From Rhizaria sp. SCN 62-66 (Eukaryota), in the NCBI GenBank assembly GCA_001724265.1, contig MEDY01000236.1, forward strand, positions 61,407 through 81,406: a stretch of 20,000 nt of DNA, given 5' to 3'. Shown here one piece after another: positions 18,759-20,000 of this stretch. The stretch's first letter is position 1. Each line of letters begins with the position of its first letter. A model generated the notes under the pieces. The model saw only the letters and a program-made list of their open reading frames with translations, searched no databases and was not told where the DNA came from. Made by a program: the position numbers and the translations under genes.

Positions 18759-19940
18759 TTACTTGGCACAAGTGCCGGCCTTGGGGATGCAAATCTGGCC
18801 CAGCGCAACAGAGCGCGCCTTGTTGCGATACACAACTTTGCCGAAGACGGTGAACTCGTGCGCCTTGAACGTGAACGTGGGGACGGTGAAGCTGCACACG
18901 CAGTTGTCTGTGACCTTGGTGGCGCGCTGGATCCACTCGACGCCCTTGACACACCACCCGGCGAACACAGAGTCAAGGTGCACGGGAAAGCCGCAGAAGA
19001 ACTTGTCGGCGATGAGCCCCAGCGGACCCGTCATGGCGTCGACGAGCAGGGTGCAGATCTTCTTGCCGGCGAAATCGCACATCTTCTCGCGGATCGACTT
19101 GACGATAGACTGGCACCACTGGCACTTGTACGTGTTTACCTTGCCCATCACCCAGTCGATCGCCTTGCCGATCTGCGCGCCGAGCCCGAACTGGATGGCG
19201 TCCTGCGCGATGAGCGGGTGCAGCGTCGTGCGCGAGTTGAACAGGTACGCGTGCTCATACAACCCGCTCACAAGCGCGCGCGCATCGACCGCAGCGGCAA
19301 CACCCTTGGGCGCGCGGCGCTCGCGAAGCGATACCTCGGCGTCAACCTTGCGCAGCAGCGCGTCGAAGGAGACCTGGTGGACCTGGACGGTGATGCCGAG
19401 CGAGGCCGCGAGGTCGAGCAGGGAGGAGCGGTGCTGCTCGAAGAGTGCGCTGTACTCGGCCAGCTCCATGTGCATCTCGGCGCGCGCAATATCCTCGCGC
19501 CAGGCGGTAAAGGCATCCTTATTCTCAGTCAGCGCATCGAAGATGGCGCGGTCCGACGCGTTGTTGTCGATGTCGAAGGCGACAGCGAGGTAGTCGTTGT
19601 GAGTGAGGCTCGCGGTCGTCTCGTCAAGGTAGGCCACCACCTCGGCGAGTCCAGCGTCGCTGCTGCTGGGGTTCAGCAAAGCAAGCGCGGCCGTTTCATT
19701 GGTCATCGCGGCCTGCGCGGACGCCATGAGTGAGGCGTTGCTGTCCATACAGGGACACGGTCGGCATGCGAGAGACGAGAGAGGTGGGTGAGAACATGAT
19801 GAGAATGAGGCAAGGCAGGGCTCCAGGAACTGGATCAACTGGCTTTGGATGTAAAAAAGAACGGTTGAACAGGTTTTAAGACGTACGTCAGCATGGCAAG
19901 TTGTCACAACCGACATTCTGCATAAAATACCAACTCTCAT
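18759..19940 (-). CDS. Paralogue 4: pro-like domain plus 10-Cys domain only, with no tail; main exon 19740-18759; first exon and start uncertain
   Basis: The main exon is intact and homologous, with all 10 Cys; TAA comes two codons after the last Cys (CAK*). Upstream is a GTACGT..CAG intron-like segment (19886-19741), but the MRV... exon is 54 rather than 56 nt, so it is out of phase. Confidence 0.7.
   Translation of the reverse strand: MRVGILCRMSVVTTCHADVRLKTCSTVLFYIQSQLIQFLEPCLASFSSCSHPPLSSLACRPCPCMDSNASLMASAQAAMTNETAALALLNPSSSDAGLAEVVAYLDETTASLTHNDYLAVAFDIDNNASDRAIFDALTENKDAFTAWREDIARAEMHMELAEYSALFEQHRSSLLDLAASLGITVQVHQVSFDALLRKVDAEVSLRERRAPKGVAAAVDARALVSGLYEHAYLFNSRTTLHPLIAQDAIQFGLGAQIGKAIDWVMGKVNTYKCQWCQSIVKSIREKMCDFAGKKICTLLVDAMTGPLGLIADKFFCGFPVHLDSVFAGWCVKGVEWIQRATKVTDNCVCSFTVPTFTFKAHEFTVFGKVVYRNKARSVALGQICIPKAGTCAK
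19741..19886 (-). other. Probable intron 1 of paralogue 4 (146 bp)
   Basis: AC|GTACGT donor, pyrimidine-rich 3' half and gaCAG|C acceptor, at the same position relative to NETAA as in the paralogues. Confidence 0.6.
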
Positions 19941-20000
19941 AGGCTCACACTGGGACAAACACCACCCACGGTCGTTTCGGGGCGGGTATATAAAGGTGGC

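Noticed and set aside
18660-18761. TAA also read as Gln to extend paralogue 4
   Set aside because: The read-through sequence (TTDGPMSDNFGH*) has no similarity to the conserved linker of paralogues 1-3 and soon meets more stops.
10238-19733. Long antisense ORFs over the paralogues (10720..11979, 12750..14372, 18858..19733)
   Set aside because: They coincide with the sense exons and are explained by high GC3 codon bias.
19986-19994. TATATAAAG TATA-like box near the window end (and AT-rich 9400-9420)
   Set aside because: Orientation and target gene are ambiguous; there is no transcription start evidence.

Overview
Eukaryotic (probably protist) genomic DNA with very GC-rich exons, AT-richer intergenic spacers and short GT-AG introns. 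All supportable genes are on the minus strand. Left half (9272 to <1): one giant 3-exon gene of at least 3005 codons, running off the window, with an N-terminal PH domain followed by a very long Ala/Pro/Gln/Gly low-complexity region. The ORF track splits it into pieces only because of four in-frame TAG codons. Right half (10228-19940): a tandem array of four paralogues with a signal-peptide exon, a conserved ~170-aa pro-like domain, a 10-Cys saposin-like domain and a variable Lys/Ala/Thr-rich tail. Main discovery: the nuclear code appears to be non-standard, with TAG = Gln while TAA still terminates. There are five in-frame TAGs (two in poly-Gln contexts, one aligned to CAA in a paralogue), no in-frame TAA or TGA, and all four observed gene ends are TAA. 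All seven predicted introns start with GTACGT.
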